Below, piece by piece: positions 29,217 to 40,751 of a stretch of DNA of 64,000 nt. Location: contig CAVZDU010000007.1 of the NCBI GenBank assembly GCA_963774265.1, positions 504,683-568,682 on the forward strand. Reading direction: 5' to 3'. Made by a program: the position numbers and the translations under genes. The stretch is from an uncultured Chloroflexia bacterium (GTDB lineage Bacteria; Chloroflexota; Anaerolineae; CG2-30-64-16). The notes under the pieces were generated by a model that made no database searches, was not told the origin of the DNA, and saw only the letters and a program-made list of their open reading frames with translations. The first letter of the stretch is position 1. Every line of letters begins with the position of its first letter.

Positions 29217-30200
29217 ATGAAACGCTCGGTCCTCGTGTGTGCACTGGCTCTGGTGCTCGTGCTGCCCAGCCTGGCCGCGGCCAGTGGCCCGGTCACCTGG
29301 ATGCAGACCTACAACCCGGCTGTTGGCTGAGTTTCCCGAGGGCATTGCCATCGACAAACAGGGCGATGTCTTCGTCTCCCTGGCACCACTGGGACAGATC
29401 CGTATGATCAACCCCGACGGCACGGAAACGCTCTTCTACCAGGTTCCCCGCAGGCGCTCAGCTGCTCGGCCTGGCGGTCGACGCTCCTGGTAGTGTCTAC
29501 GCAGACGTGTTTACCGGAGGAACCAATGATGCCGTTCAAGGGGTTTGGCGCATTAGCCGGGATGGAAGCTCAGCCTCGCAGCTGCCGGGAACCGAAAGCG
29601 TCTTCCTGCCCAATGGCCTGGCCTTTGACAAGCGGGGCAACCTGTACGTCACCGACTCCTATGTTTTGGGCTCTATACCACCTGCCGGCGCCATCTGGCG
29701 TATTGATCGCGAAACGGCGAACGTCGACACTCTGGCTGCAGGACTGGGCTATCCTGGGTGGCCTGGGCGGGGTTCCCGGCTATCCGCCCCTGGGGGCTAA
29801 TGGCATCGCCTTCGGCGACGACGGCCTCTATGTGGCAAGCACGGAGCGGGGCCTGATCGTCGCATGTCCCGGTGTTGCCAGACGGCAAGCCTGGCGACCG
29901 AGCGTCGTCGCGCAGGCCCCGTCACTCCGCATGATCGATGGGATCGCTCTGGATGTTCATGGCGACAATCTACGCGGCCCTCATTGGCCAGGACCGCGTC
30001 GTGGCGGTCGATCCTGCCACCGGCGGTGTCACGAGCTGGCAGGGCCGGGGAGGGCGTCGACGGACCGGCGAGCCTGGCCTTTGGAACCGGAACGTGGGGA
30101 GCGCAAGAACCTCTACTTCACCAACTACGCCATCTTCACGCAGGCTCACCCAGGGGTCTTGAAGATGGAGGTAGAGATGCCGGGACTGCCGCTGCCGTAA
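29217..30200 (+). CDS. Secreted SMP-30/gluconolactonase-like beta-propeller; several frameshifts
   Basis: Signal peptide MKRSVLVCALALVLVLPSLAAA; FPEGIAID, LPNGLAFDKRGNLYVTDS, GANGIAF, IDGIALD, DGPASLAFG, NLYFTN. Confidence 0.8.
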
Positions 30201-30297
30201 GGGGCCAGAGGCGCCATGCCCAGCTTCGACGGCACGCTGACCAGGTGAAGCCCGCCCGCTCAGCAGCAGCCGTGGGTGAAAGCAAGGTGAAAGCCTG

Positions 30298-30537
30298 ATG
30301 GACCAGCTCTCCGCGGAGACAACAACGGCCACAACCTTCGTCGTGCGCTTCTGGCGCGAATGGTCGGGCGCGGAGTCGCGCTCGGCGCGGCCGGGTCGAG
30401 CACGTGCAGAGCGGTCAAGGGGCGAGCTTTCTGGAGCTCGGAGGCCTGCTCAGGTTCCTCGAGCAGTTCGGCATCTGTGCCGGAGCAGATCCGGCCACAA
30501 GACAAGAAAGCAGGGAGGTCTACAATGTTGTTCGTAG
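30298..30537 (+). CDS. Small uncharacterised protein of the 'FVVRFWxE..(W)R..VEH..F..L..FL' type; frameshifted, end approximate
   Basis: TTFVVRFWREWSGAESR..GRVEHVQSGQGASFLELGGLLRFLEQ read across a frameshift near 30385. Confidence 0.6.
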   Translation: MDQLSAETTTATTFVVRFWREWSGAESRSARPGRARAERSRGELSGARRPAQVPRAVRHLCRSRSGHKTRKQGGLQCCS

Positions 30538-30806
30538 CGCTGGGGAAAGCCAGAGGGGGCAACCAGAAAGAGAGGATCGCCCGGAGAATGGCATGGCAGT
30601 CACCGCAACTTCCGGGGGCGGAAGTGGTGGCTGAGTACTGGCTCCATACAGACGACCCGCACCTGATTGTGGTTTTCAAAGCCGAGCATATCGGCCAAAT
30701 GTGGGCTGCATTCGGTGATTGGGACGATCTCCTTCAGATCTCCGTTTACCCGGCGATCTCGGCCGAAGAGGGGCTTGAGGTCCTGAAGCAGATGTTGCCA
30801 CAGTAA
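30525..30806 (+). CDS. DUF3303-like small ferredoxin-fold protein
   Basis: MLFVAL..ERIARR..EVVAEYWL..LIVVFKAE..WDDLLQISVYPAISAEEGL; GGAGG RBS. Confidence 0.65.
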   Translation: MLFVALGKARGGNQKERIARRMAWQSPQLPGAEVVAEYWLHTDDPHLIVVFKAEHIGQMWAAFGDWDDLLQISVYPAISAEEGLEVLKQMLPQ

Positions 30807-30926
30807 CTCAGCTGCCGCAGGAGATCGATCGACTCTTTAGGCCAGCACTCAGGAAACTACCGATTCCCCGACCTGCAGGACGCCGCCGCGTTGATCGGGA
30901 ACGGCTGAAGGCGCCTCGCCCGCGCG

Positions 30927-30961
30927 AAGACCTGTCGGGCTTGCAAGGCCCGACAGGTCTT
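30927..30961. repeat. Hairpin of the ACCTGTC(A/G)GG type between convergent genes (REP-like or terminator)
   Basis: AAGACCTGTCGGGC-TTGCAAG-GCCCGACAGGTCTT. Confidence 0.6.
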
Positions 30962-30992
30962 TTGTTGAACGGCCCGCCCGCGGTGACGAGTA

Positions 30993-32628
30993 TCAGCGCG
31001 TGTCTCTGATCGACATGAACCCACCGTATACGCCGACGTAGAGGGCTTCGTTCGGCCCGATCGCCAAAGCCGGGTAGAAGCTGTCGAACATGTCGCCGGT
31101 GCCCGCCATCTTCTGCCAGACCGTCTGGCCCGTGCGGAAGTCGAGCGCGGTCCAATAGTACGCATACACGTCGTTCTGGGGGTCCCATGCCCTGGCGACG
31201 GTGTAGATCAGCCCGGTCTTCGTCGACAGCCTGGGCGACGTGGTGGTCGCGACTTCCGAGTTGGTCCAGACCGTCGTGCAGCCCCTCCCGTTCGGATCGA
31301 CGTCGATGCGTGCGAAGCCCGGCGCGCTCGCGTTCGAGCATCTGGCCCTCTTTCCAGTCGAACCAGTAGTCGTAGTTGTTCGAGGCGATGAGCGAATTCC
31401 GTAAGCCGACGAGCGAGTTTGAGAGGGCGCCGGGCGTGTTCTCGAACACCGGCTCCTCGCACACGATTCGCTTTTCGGTCTTCTTCAGTCGTTCATCAGT
31501 CCGGAACACCACGACCTTCATCGGAGACGCGTTGTCCGTGATGGCGACGTATTTGCCCTCGCCGAAGATCGTCGGGCTGGTGCCGGAGCCCAGCTCGTAC
31601 TGCCCGTTCTTTACCTCGTCGCCGCCGTAGTAGGGCGCGGCCCACACCTGGTACGGTTGGTCGTCAGCGCCCGCCTCAATCCGGTACATGTTCCTCGTGG
31701 TCACGACATAGGCCGCTGCGCTGTCCACGCCGGTCTTCGTCAGCGCGAACGTGTTTCTGATAGCCTCGCCGTCGTCAGGGAGCACGTACCACTTCACGTT
31801 TGGCTCCTCATCCGAGTACGTCCCGGGGTTCAGCACACCGACCATCGCCGGGTAGGGGCCGATGCCCGCCGTGGTGAGCCAAATCCGTCCCTGCCAGTCC
31901 AGCATGACCCCGGCGATGTCGCTGGTGTCGCCGTTGATGACCTCCGTCAGATTGTACTTATTGACAAGCTCGAATACAGGGCTGTCCTCGGTCCCGCGTT
32001 CGGCAAGCGTGACGATCTGCTGGCCCTTGTTGACGATGGTAAGTTGATCCTGAGCGTCGACATAGGAGTAGACGCTGCCCAGCGCCCGCAAGAAAGCCTG
32101 TCTTCCTTGCTGCTTGTAGGGGTCGCCTTCCGGCACCTCGAGGTGATAGTGGTCCAGCACCTTCAGCGTGTCCGGGTCGGTCAGGACCACGGTCGCCTCG
32201 TGAGGGGCAAAGCAAATCGCGATCGCCCGGCCGTGGCTGTCGACGAGTGTGTTGATGCAGGCGAAGAGCCAGTCCACATCGCCGGGATAGGGCTGGCGCG
32301 CTTCTGCCAGCGTCGAGGAGAGGACGGCCGGGTTGCGGCCCAGCGGGCCGGCAACGTCGGCGGTGTCGCTCATCCACGGGTCGAGGTGACATGAATTGAA
32401 CCCGTTGGGCGCCAGGAGTGGGTTCTGTGGCACTCCGGAGTTCGCCGTTGGGTGCGGCTTCGCCGGCGCCCCGATGGTGTCGGGCAGGGCTGTTTCGGGT
32501 CCCGGAGGGATCGGTGTGACCTCCTCAAGTTGCGGAATGGCGCCGATGGCCGCGCCGGGCAGCATGCTGACGATGAGCAGCGCCAGGACGAGTGCTGAAA
32601 GCCTGCCGAACGCACCTTTGGTCTTCAT
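30993..32628 (-). CDS. Secreted uncharacterised beta-propeller protein; frameshift near 31325
   Basis: Signal peptide; NPLLAPNG..HLDPWMSD, LDWQGRIW, GSGTSPT, VAITDNA. The corrected frame continues PGFARID..GCTTVWTN..TGLIY..WTALDFRTG.TVW..LYVG..GG to TGA at 30993. Confidence 0.75.
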
Positions 32629-32885
32629 AGTGTTTTCTCCCTTTGCGATTTAGTTGGTTTATGAGCAAACGCGCAAGACGCGAGTTCTGCTTCAAGGTAT
32701 GCCGCGACATGGTGGAGGCACGTGAAGGAGCGACGGGCGGCATTGGGCTCTCCATGCTGGACGGTGAAGCGCCAGGCCGCCTCCCCATTGGGCCCGGCTC
32801 CTTCCTCCAGCCGGCACCGCACCAGGAAGCACCGGTAGGGCTGCTGCTTCGTACGGGCTTCAGTTTCGTTGTCAGTAGCCCTCAT
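32625..32885 (-). CDS. Small uncharacterised protein, same type as 30298
   Basis: YRCFLVRCRLEE..AAWRFTVQH..RRSFTCLHHVAAYLEAEL; stop overlaps the propeller start (ATGA). Confidence 0.65.
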   Translation of the reverse strand: MRATDNETEARTKQQPYRCFLVRCRLEEGAGPNGEAAWRFTVQHGEPNAARRSFTCLHHVAAYLEAELASCAFAHKPTKSQREKTL

Positions 32886-32940
32886 GTGTCACTCCAGGTC
32901 CCCCCGGGTTTGTTCGGTGCGATCGATATTCTCGATGCTA

Positions 32941-32983
32941 TGGATACCACAACGCCGTGAAAATCGCGTGACAGCACCGTAAG
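32941..32983 (-). promoter_or_regulatory. Three direct repeats at 11-bp period, putative SARP/BTAD binding site
   Basis: Minus strand TTACGG (32982-77), TCACGC (32971-66), TCACGG (32960-55), then 8 bp and a weak -10 TATCCA. Confidence 0.55.
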
Positions 32984-33069
32984 CACCGATCGCTGATTTT
33001 AATTTACCCATTGGCAACGAATGCGGCATGTGGTATGATGCCCTTGTCGGGCGTCCTCGGAGCATCCCC

Positions 33070-36000
33070 ATGACAAAGCTTGTCGTGCGTCTGCTGGGCG
33101 GCTTTCGCGTCGAACTGGACGGCGAAACGGTCTACGGTTTCGAGACGGACAAGGCGCGCGCTCTCCTGGCCTACCTGATCGTGGAGGCGGACCGCCCGCA
33201 CCGCCGCGAAACCCTGGCGGGCCTGCTCTGGCCCGACCGGCCCGACGGCCGCGGCGCGCACGAACCTCCGCCAGGCGCTCGCTCCGTGCGGCGGGCACTG
33301 GGCGACCGTGGGTCGTGCGACCCACGGTCGTGCGACCACGGGTCGTCGTTTTTCCTCTTCGTCAACCCCCACCGATGTGCAGTTCAATGCGGCCAGCGAC
33401 TACAGACTCGACGTGGCGGAGCTGGAGACGTTCGCCCGCTCAGCCGGCGGCTCCCAGGCCCGCATGCCGATTCGCCACACGCAGCTTCTGCCCGAGGCGT
33501 TCTGCGCCGATTTCCTGGCCGGTTTCGCGGTGCCGGACAGCGAGGCTTTTCAGGGCTGGGTGCTGAGCAAGCAGGAGCACTATCACCGGCTGGCCCTCGA
33601 AGTCCTGGACGACCAGAACGCGAGCTTCGAGGCGATCGGCGACTACGAGAAGGCGGTGGCGGCCGCGCGGCTGCAGCTCCAGATGGAGCCCTGGCTCGAA
33701 GAGGCGCACCGGCGCTGCATGCGCGCGCTGGCCCTGGCCGGGCGCCGGGACGAAGCGCTGCACCAGTACGAGTCCTGCTGCCGCGTCCTGGAGGCCGAGC
33801 TGGGCGCCGAACCCGCACCCAGCACACAGGCCCTCTATGCCGACATTCGGGACGGGCGGCTCGCCGCCGCAGCGCGGCCTTCGCACGCGGTCAGGCGCGA
33901 GGCTGAACCGAGACCTGTCAGGCCTGGCCAGCGCGAGACCGAGCTAACACCTGACAGGCCTGGCCCCAGGCTCGTCGCGCGCGAGGATGAGTTGGGACAG
34001 CTCAGCTGCTCACCTGGCGGCCAGCCTGGCCGGCGAGACGCAGATGGCGTTCGTCAGCGGGGATCGGGGCAGCGGCAAGACGGCATTGCTCGAAGCCTTT
34101 GCCGCGGCTGTCCATGGCGGAGCAGCCCGATCTGCTGGTGGCCGGCGCGCGCTGCAGCCCGGGCGGCAGCCTCGATGCCTTCGCGCCCCTGCGCAAGCTG
34201 GCGGAGATGCTCTTCGGCGACCTCGCCAACGATGTGGCCTGGCGGCTGCATGGTCGCGAGCAGGTAGATCGCCTGCAGCTTGCCACAGGGCTCGCCCTGG
34301 CCGCGCTTGAGGAGCATGGCTTGGGCCTCATCGACACACTCGTTCCCGCCTCCTCTCTTGACCGCAGGGCCAATCTATCCTCTTCAAAGGCGCCTGCAGC
34401 GAGACCAGCCTGGTGGGCGGCCGGCCAGGCCGCACTGGATGACAAACACAAGCAGCACGCCCCTGTTCCACTTTCGCAGGTCGCCCTGTTCGACCAGTTG
34501 ATCTGCACTCTGGCTGCAATCAGCCGAGAGCAGCCCCTGCTGCTGCTCTTCGATGATCTGCAGTGGGTAGACGACGCCACCGCGGCCTTTCTCCTGCACC
34601 TCGGCCGTGAACTCAGCGGCAGCCGCCTGCTCGTCCTCGGCGCATATCGCTCGGCGACCGTCAGCCTGGGCCGCCGCGACCCGGCATCCGGCGAGATCAC
34701 CCGCCACCCGCTCGCAATCGCCATCAATGAGCTGCGCCGCGACAAGGGCGAGATCATCGTAGAACTGGATCGAGCGGACGGCCGTGCGTTCGTCGAGGCC
34801 TACGTGGATATCGAGCCCAACCGGCTCGGCGCGCGTTTTCGGGATGCGCTCTACGCGCAGACGGGTGGTCATGCGCTGTTCACGGTGGAGACGCTGCGCA
34901 ACCTGCAGGATCGCGGGGAACTGGTCAAGGACGAGGCGGGGCGCTGGGTCGCGCGGGAGTCGCTCGACTGGGGCAGCCTGCCCGCCCGGGTGGAGGCCGC
35001 CATCGCGGAGCGGATCGATCGGCTGCCCGGAACGGGAGCGCCGTATCCTCTCAGCCGCCAGCGTGCAAGGCGACGACTTTTCCGGCGAACTGGTGGCCGA
35101 GCTCACCGGTGCGGCGATCCCCGAGGTTCTCACGTGCCTCAGTGGCAGCCTGGCCCGGCAGCACAGCCTGGTGCGGCCCGAAGGGTTGCAGCGACTGGCG
35201 GGCGGGCAGACCTCCACGTATCGGTTCACGCATCACCTGTTTCAGAAGTATCTCTACGACCAGCTCGATCCGGTCGAGCGGGCGCGTGGCATGGCGCCGT
35301 GGCGGGCAGCCTGGACCGGCAGGCCGGGGCCGACCCGGCGGAGCGCGAACGGTTCGGCGCGCGACTGGCCTGGCATTACGAGGCGGCGGGCTGCCGCTGG
35401 AGGCCGCCCGCGCGCTGCACGACGCCGGCCGCCAGGCCATGCGGGTGTCGGCCTTCCGCGAGGCCCTCGACCTGTTCGACCACGGGCTGGCGCTGCTCGC
35501 GGACGGCGAGCCGGCGTCGCCGCGGAGCGGACCGAGATCGAGCGGCTGCTGCAGGTCGCCCGGCTGGGCCCGCAGCGCAACCTGGCTGGGACGGGCAGCC
35601 TCGCGAGTTGGCGGGCTCCTTGGCGCGGGCCACCGAAGCCGGGGCGGGCGACACGCAGGGGCGGCCCAAGTTGCTGATGCTCCAGGCGGAAGTAGAATCT
35701 CCTCAATGCGAGGGGGCAGTTCGAGGAGTGCCTCGCCGCGGCGAGCGGATGCTCGCTGAGGCGACGCAGTGGGGTGACGAGGACGTTTGCTGCACTCGCC
35801 CACTTGGTTTCGGCCATGATCCACCACCTCATGGGCAAGCCGCAGGAAGCGGAGATTCACTTCGACTGGGTCGATCGCCCGGCTGACGCCGGAGCGAGGC
35901 GCGGAACTGCGGGCGGCGATCGGCTTCGATCGTCACGGCCCCTGCGCTCAGCTTCTCCGCCCTGAACCAGTGGTTCCTGGGATATCCGGAGAAGGCCCTG

Positions 36001-36792
36001 GCGCGCAGCACCGAGGCGCTGACAGAGCGCCCTCGAGCAGAGGGACCTGTACGGGCAGGCGTTCGCCTCCGCGATCGGCTCAACATGACGCTGTTCCTCC
36101 TGCGCAGCGATACCGCGGCGCTGCAAGAGCGGGTCGAGCTGTGCCACCGGCTGTGCCTGGAGCAGGGTTTTGCCTGGTGGCAGGACTACGCGGAGGTCTT
36201 CCTCGGGTGGCTGGCGGTCATGCGTGGGGAGCTGATGCCGTCGCCGGCATCGAGCGATGCGGGGCGCCATCGCCGAATGGCAGGCCAAGGGCATGGCGAT
36301 CGGCACGGACTGCCTGGTGGTTGTCCTGGCAGACAGGTGCCTGTCAGCGGCCCGCCGGTGCCGGGCTGCCACTGCTGCGCGATGAGCGCAGCGGGACACG
36401 CGCCGCACGACCTGCTGGCGACCGGACTGGCGGCGATCGACACCCGTGCTCGGGCCGGAGGTTCCGTGCGGGCAGAGCTACCAGGCCGAGCTCCACCGCG
36501 TGCGGGGCGAGCTGCTGCTGGCGCGCGATGGCCTGGCGTGCGACCGAGGAGGCGCTGGCGTGCTTCCAGTCGGGCCATGCAGCTCGGGCAGGATAAGGGC
36601 GCGCTCGCCTGGGAGCTGCGCGCGGCCATGAGCCTGGTGCGCCTGCGGCAGCGCCAGGGTGCGCAGGACCTAGCGGGCACGGCGGAGCTGGCGGAGGCGC
36701 GAAGCCGCCTGCGCGGCGTGTACGCGCGATTTACCGAGGGGTTTGCCTTCCCCGACCTGCAAGAGGCTGTGGCGCTGATTGGAAGGTGCTAG
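33070..36792 (+). CDS. Second SARP/BTAD + STAND ATPase + TPR regulator; many frameshifts
   Basis: LVVRLLGGF, KARALLAYL..RETLAGLLWPD, EPWLEEAHRRCMRAL, GDRGSGKT, LLLFDDLQWVD, TGGHALF, YRFTHHLFQ, WELRAAMSL..FTEGFAFPDLQEA. Confidence 0.85.
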
Positions 36793-36861
36793 ATTTCCGT
36801 TCATTCACATCGGAAGAAGGTGACGAGCTTCATCGGTCTTGCCTCCTGAACCGGCGCAACG

Positions 36862-37984
36862 TCAGTGGATGAGCTCTTTGAGCGCCGAGAGCAACAGCAG
36901 GACGTTCTCGCGGCGGCTGGAGAAGCCCATCAACCCGATGCGCCAGATCTTGCCCTTGAGCGGCCCGAAGCCACCGGCAATCTCAATGTTGTAGTCCTTG
37001 AGCAAGCGACCGCGCACCGCTGCTTCATCGATGCCCTCAGGAATGCGGCAGGTGGTGAGCGAGGGCAGGCGGTGGTCGATCGGCACGTGAGGCTGCAGAC
37101 CCAGCGCCTCCAGCCCCTGCCAGAGCATCTGGGCGTTGGCGAGGTGGCGAGCAAAGCGCTGCTCGAGCCCTTCTTCGGCCACCAGGCGCAGCGCCTCGCG
37201 CAGGGCGTAATTCATGTTGATGGGCGCGGTGTGGTGGTAGGTGCGCTCCTTGCCCCAGTATTTCTGCACCATCGTCAGGTCGAGATACCAGTTGCCCACC
37301 GGGACCTGGCGTGCGGCCAGCGCCTCGATGCCGCGCGGGCCGATGGTGATCGGCGCGAGCCCGGGCGGGCACGAGAGGCACTTTTGCGTCCCGCTGTAGG
37401 CAATGTCCACGTTCCAGGCATCGATCTCGACCGGCACGCCGCCAAGTGAAGTAACGGTATCGAGCACGAACAAAGCGTCGTGGCGATGGGCAATATCGGC
37501 GATGTCGCGCACGCCTAGCTGCTGCGCCCCGGTCGAGGTCTCGGCATGCACCAGCGCGAGCAACTTGTAGCTGCGACCGCGCATGGCTTCCTCGATTTCT
37601 TCCGGCGCGAAAATTTCGCCCCAGGGTTTTTCGAGCCGATCGACCTTGGCCCCGTAGCGCTCGGCCATGTTGCAGAGCCGCTCGCCAAAGTAGCCGTTGA
37701 CGCCGATCAGGACCTGAACTCCAGGCTCGATGAAGTTGCAGAGCGCAGCTTCCATGCCCGCGCTGCCGGTGCCCGAAATGGGGATCGTCAGCGGATTACT
37801 CGTCTGGAAGACAAAGCGCAGGAGTTCTTGCACCTCGTTCATGACGTGCAGGAACTCGGGGTCAAGGTGTCCGATGCATGGCATCGCCAGTCGCGCGCAG
37901 GACACGCGGCGCGACCATGCTGGGGCCAGGACCGAGCAGAACACGAGGTGAGAGGTCGAGGTCGTGGTAGTTGTTGGGATCCAT
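36862..37984 (-). CDS. Alanine/serine-glyoxylate aminotransferase (class V PLP); frameshift near 37900
   Basis: VLLGPGPS, GHLDPEF, SGTGSAGMEA, VHAETSTG, DTVTSLGG, YSGTQKCLSCPPGL, YHHTAP, WRIGLMG. Confidence 0.92.
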
Positions 37985-38436
37985 GGGTTGCGCTCCTTTG
38001 CTGCAGGCCATTAAGAACGATGGGGGAGTACTGTTTAACGTATAGCACGTAACCCGCTTTCTTACAAACCCGTGGGCCGCCCACGGGAACTGAGCTTCGG
38101 ACGTGAGCTCGGACAGGTAAGGGCTGGACCGCCAGCTGCGGTTCGGGCGGAACGATGAGACGGGCCTGCGGCCGATTCCTGACTCTGCAGCAGCAAGACT
38201 TTGAGAAAGGTCAATTGGCTCGCCATCTCGATGTACGCATGGGGGCACTGACCGGCTGTGTGGTTCAGACCTCCCAACAAGGTGACGGGCGCCATCTACA
38301 CCGACGTGCCTCCTCTGTCAATCAAATAGCAGGCTATATTACATCTAATGTCGATCTAGAAGCGCACTTGTTATATACAAGCGATTATTCATCATGAACC
38401 CAGGCCGTGCCTCATCTTGTCTACCCGGAGGTACCC

Positions 38437-38823
38437 GTGAACAGGCGCCTGTTTTTGCAGGGCATCGCGCTCGCATCGCTGGTCGCGGCCGGCGGCATGC
38501 TGCCCAAGCCGGCATACGGCGAACTGCCGGCCAACTCGCTGGCCGGACCCGCGCCAGGCGTCCGCGATCTGGCGGCCCCACCGCGGACGATCCTCGGCCG
38601 CCTGCTTCGGGGCACCGCGGACGGGAAAGTGCTTGAGTCCCTCGACGGCGGAGCGACCTGGCAGCGGATCGCCAACTTCGGCGAACTCTGCTCCGTTGCG
38701 CGGTTGTCCGAGCAGAACTCCGAAATCCACGCGCGCGTCTTCTTGCAGGGAAATATCTTTACCTTGCACTCAGCCGATGGCCGCGTGTGGCGGACCGCAG
38801 ATGCCGTGCGCCGGCCAGCTTGA
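38437..38823 (+). CDS. Tat-exported small protein with Asp-box (BNR) motifs
   Basis: GTG after GGAGG; NRRLFLQG twin-arginine motif, hydrophobic stretch and AYG cleavage site; SLDGGATW and SADGRVW Asp-boxes. Confidence 0.7.
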   Translation: MNRRLFLQGIALASLVAAGGMLPKPAYGELPANSLAGPAPGVRDLAAPPRTILGRLLRGTADGKVLESLDGGATWQRIANFGELCSVARLSEQNSEIHARVFLQGNIFTLHSADGRVWRTADAVRRPA

Positions 38824-38842
38824 CCTGCGCAGGAGCTGAAGC

Positions 38843-39320
38843 ATGCCAGCATTCCCTTCATCTGCGACCGCTGGAACCGGCCGACGACGAGTTTTCGTAC
38901 ACCGTCTACGCCAGTACGCGCGCCGAGGAAATGGCCCAGGTGAACTGGAGCGCGGCGCAGCAGGAAGCTTTCTTGCGGATGCAGTTTGACGCCCAGCGGC
39001 AGTCCTACGCGCTGCAAAGTCCGGCCGCTGAATACCAGATGATCCTCAGCGACGGGCGGGCTATCGGCCGGCTGATCGTCGACCGCAGTGGCGACGAGAT
39101 CCTGTTGATGGATCTTGCGCTGCTGCCCGAAGGCCGCGGCGCGGGTGCGGGCACGGCGTTGGTGGCTGCCTTGCAGGACGAGGCCAGCCGGGCCGGCAAG
39201 CCATTGCGCCTGCACGTCGAGTTCTTCAACCCGGCCCTGCGCCTCTACCAGCGACTTGGTTTCCAGATCAGGGGCGCAATGGCCTGCACCTTGAGATGGA
39301 ATGGCGCCCGGAGCGAGTAG
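38843..39320 (+). CDS. GNAT N-acetyltransferase; C-terminal frameshift, end approximate
   Basis: LRP....D.EF...VYASTRAEE..FLRMQFDAQ..Y..DLALLPEGRGAGAGT..LHVEFFNPALRLYQRLGF. Confidence 0.85.
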
Positions 39321-39382
39321 CGGAACTGGCCCACCGGTGGGCGGGCCGAGCGTACTGCCGGCAGAGGAGGAATTGCCGAGCA

Positions 39383-39687
39383 ATGACTGAACAACTGCAC
39401 CGTCAGGATTTCGCCGCTCACCTCGAATACGTCTTTTGCGGTTTTGGACGACGATCCGGCTCCCTGTGACCTGGAGCTGATCGAGGTGTCGGAAGAGGAC
39501 GTACGCCGGCGGCAGGAAACGTTTTCGGTGCTGTTTCGCGGGCCGGCGGAGCTACTTCCTGCCTCAGCGCACGTACCGCCTGCGCCATGCCACGCTGGGC
39601 GAGGCCGAGATCTTCCTGGCGCCGGTCGGTCAGGACGATCGCGGATTCCACTACCAGGCCGTTTTCAACCGGCTGACTTCTGCCTGA
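39383..39687 (+). CDS. DUF6916-like small protein; two frameshifts
   Basis: DFAAHL..LELIEVS..FSVLFRGP..LPQRTYRLRHATLGEAEIFLAPVG..YQAVFN. Confidence 0.75.
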
Positions 39688-39698
39688 GGGAGGCACCG

Positions 39699-40199
39699 AT
39701 GAGCAATCCTTACGTCGGCGAAATCCGGATTTTTGCGGGCAATTTCGCCCCGGCCGGCTGGGCCCTCTGCGACGGCCAGTTGCTCGCGATCGCTGAGAAC
39801 GAAACTCTCTTTATCGTGATCGGCACGACTTACGGTGGCGATGGCCAGGTGACTTTCGCCCTGCCGGATCTGCGCGGCCGGGTCCCGGTGCATATGGTCT
39901 CAGCTATGTGCTCGGCGAGCAGGGCGGCGCCGAGACCATCACATTGGCCCAAAGTCAGATGCCCGACCACACGCACGCGCCGGCAGCCAGCGCAGATGCG
40001 GCGACCGCGTACGCAGCCCGGCCGGCAACGTGTGGGCTGCTTCGAATAACTTATAACCGTTCGCGCCGGCCCCGCTCGGCGGCATGAACCCAGGGGCGAT
40101 CGGGCCGCGGGCGGCAGCCAGCCGCACGACAACATGCTGCCGTACCTGGCGGTCAATTTCATCATCTCGCTGTTCGGCATCTTCCCGACGCAGAGCTGA
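39699..40199 (+). CDS. Phage tail-collar domain protein 1 (MdpB-like); frameshifted
   Basis: PYVGEIRIFAGNFAPAGWALCDGQLL..IGTTYGGDG..FALPDLRGR..QMPDHTH..GGSQPHDNMLPYLAVNFIISLFGIFP. Confidence 0.88.
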
Positions 40200-40236
40200 A
40201 CGGCGGCGAGACCGGGTTAGCACAGAGGGAGCACCG

Positions 40237-40738
40237 ATGTCAGAACCATTCCTCGGCGAGATCAGGATCGTGAGCTTCAACTTTCCCGCCAAAAGGCTGG
40301 GCCTTCTGCAACGGCCAGTTGCTGCCGATCAACCAGAACCAGGCGCTCTTTTCGCTGCTGGGCACGACGTTCGGCGGCAACGGCCAGACACACTTTCGCG
40401 CTGCCCAACTTGCAGGGCCGCGTGCCACTTCATGAGGGCGGCGGGTTCACGCTCGGTCAGAACGGCGGCGAGGAGGCCCACACGCTCGTGTCTGGCAGAG
40501 ATGCCCGCTCACACCCACGCGGCCGTCAGCAGCTCGAACGCCGGAAATACGGCCGATCCCACTGGAGCCTTTTGGGCGGCCACGGCAGCCGCAGCGTATG
40601 CGTCGTCGGCGAACGCCGCGATGGCGCCGGGGGCGCTATCTGCCGCCGGCGGCAACCAGCCGCACGACAATCTGTCGCCCATACCTGGTGCTCAACTTCT
40701 GCATTGCCCTGCAGGGCATTTTCCCGTCAGCGAACTGA
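40237..40738 (+). CDS. Phage tail-collar domain protein 2; frameshifted
   Basis: EPFLGEIRIVSFNFP..GWAFCNGQLLPINQNQALFSLLGTTFGG..EMPAHTH..GGNQPHDN..LNFCIALQGIFP. Confidence 0.88.
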
Positions 40739-40751
40739 CACGCAAGGAGAC

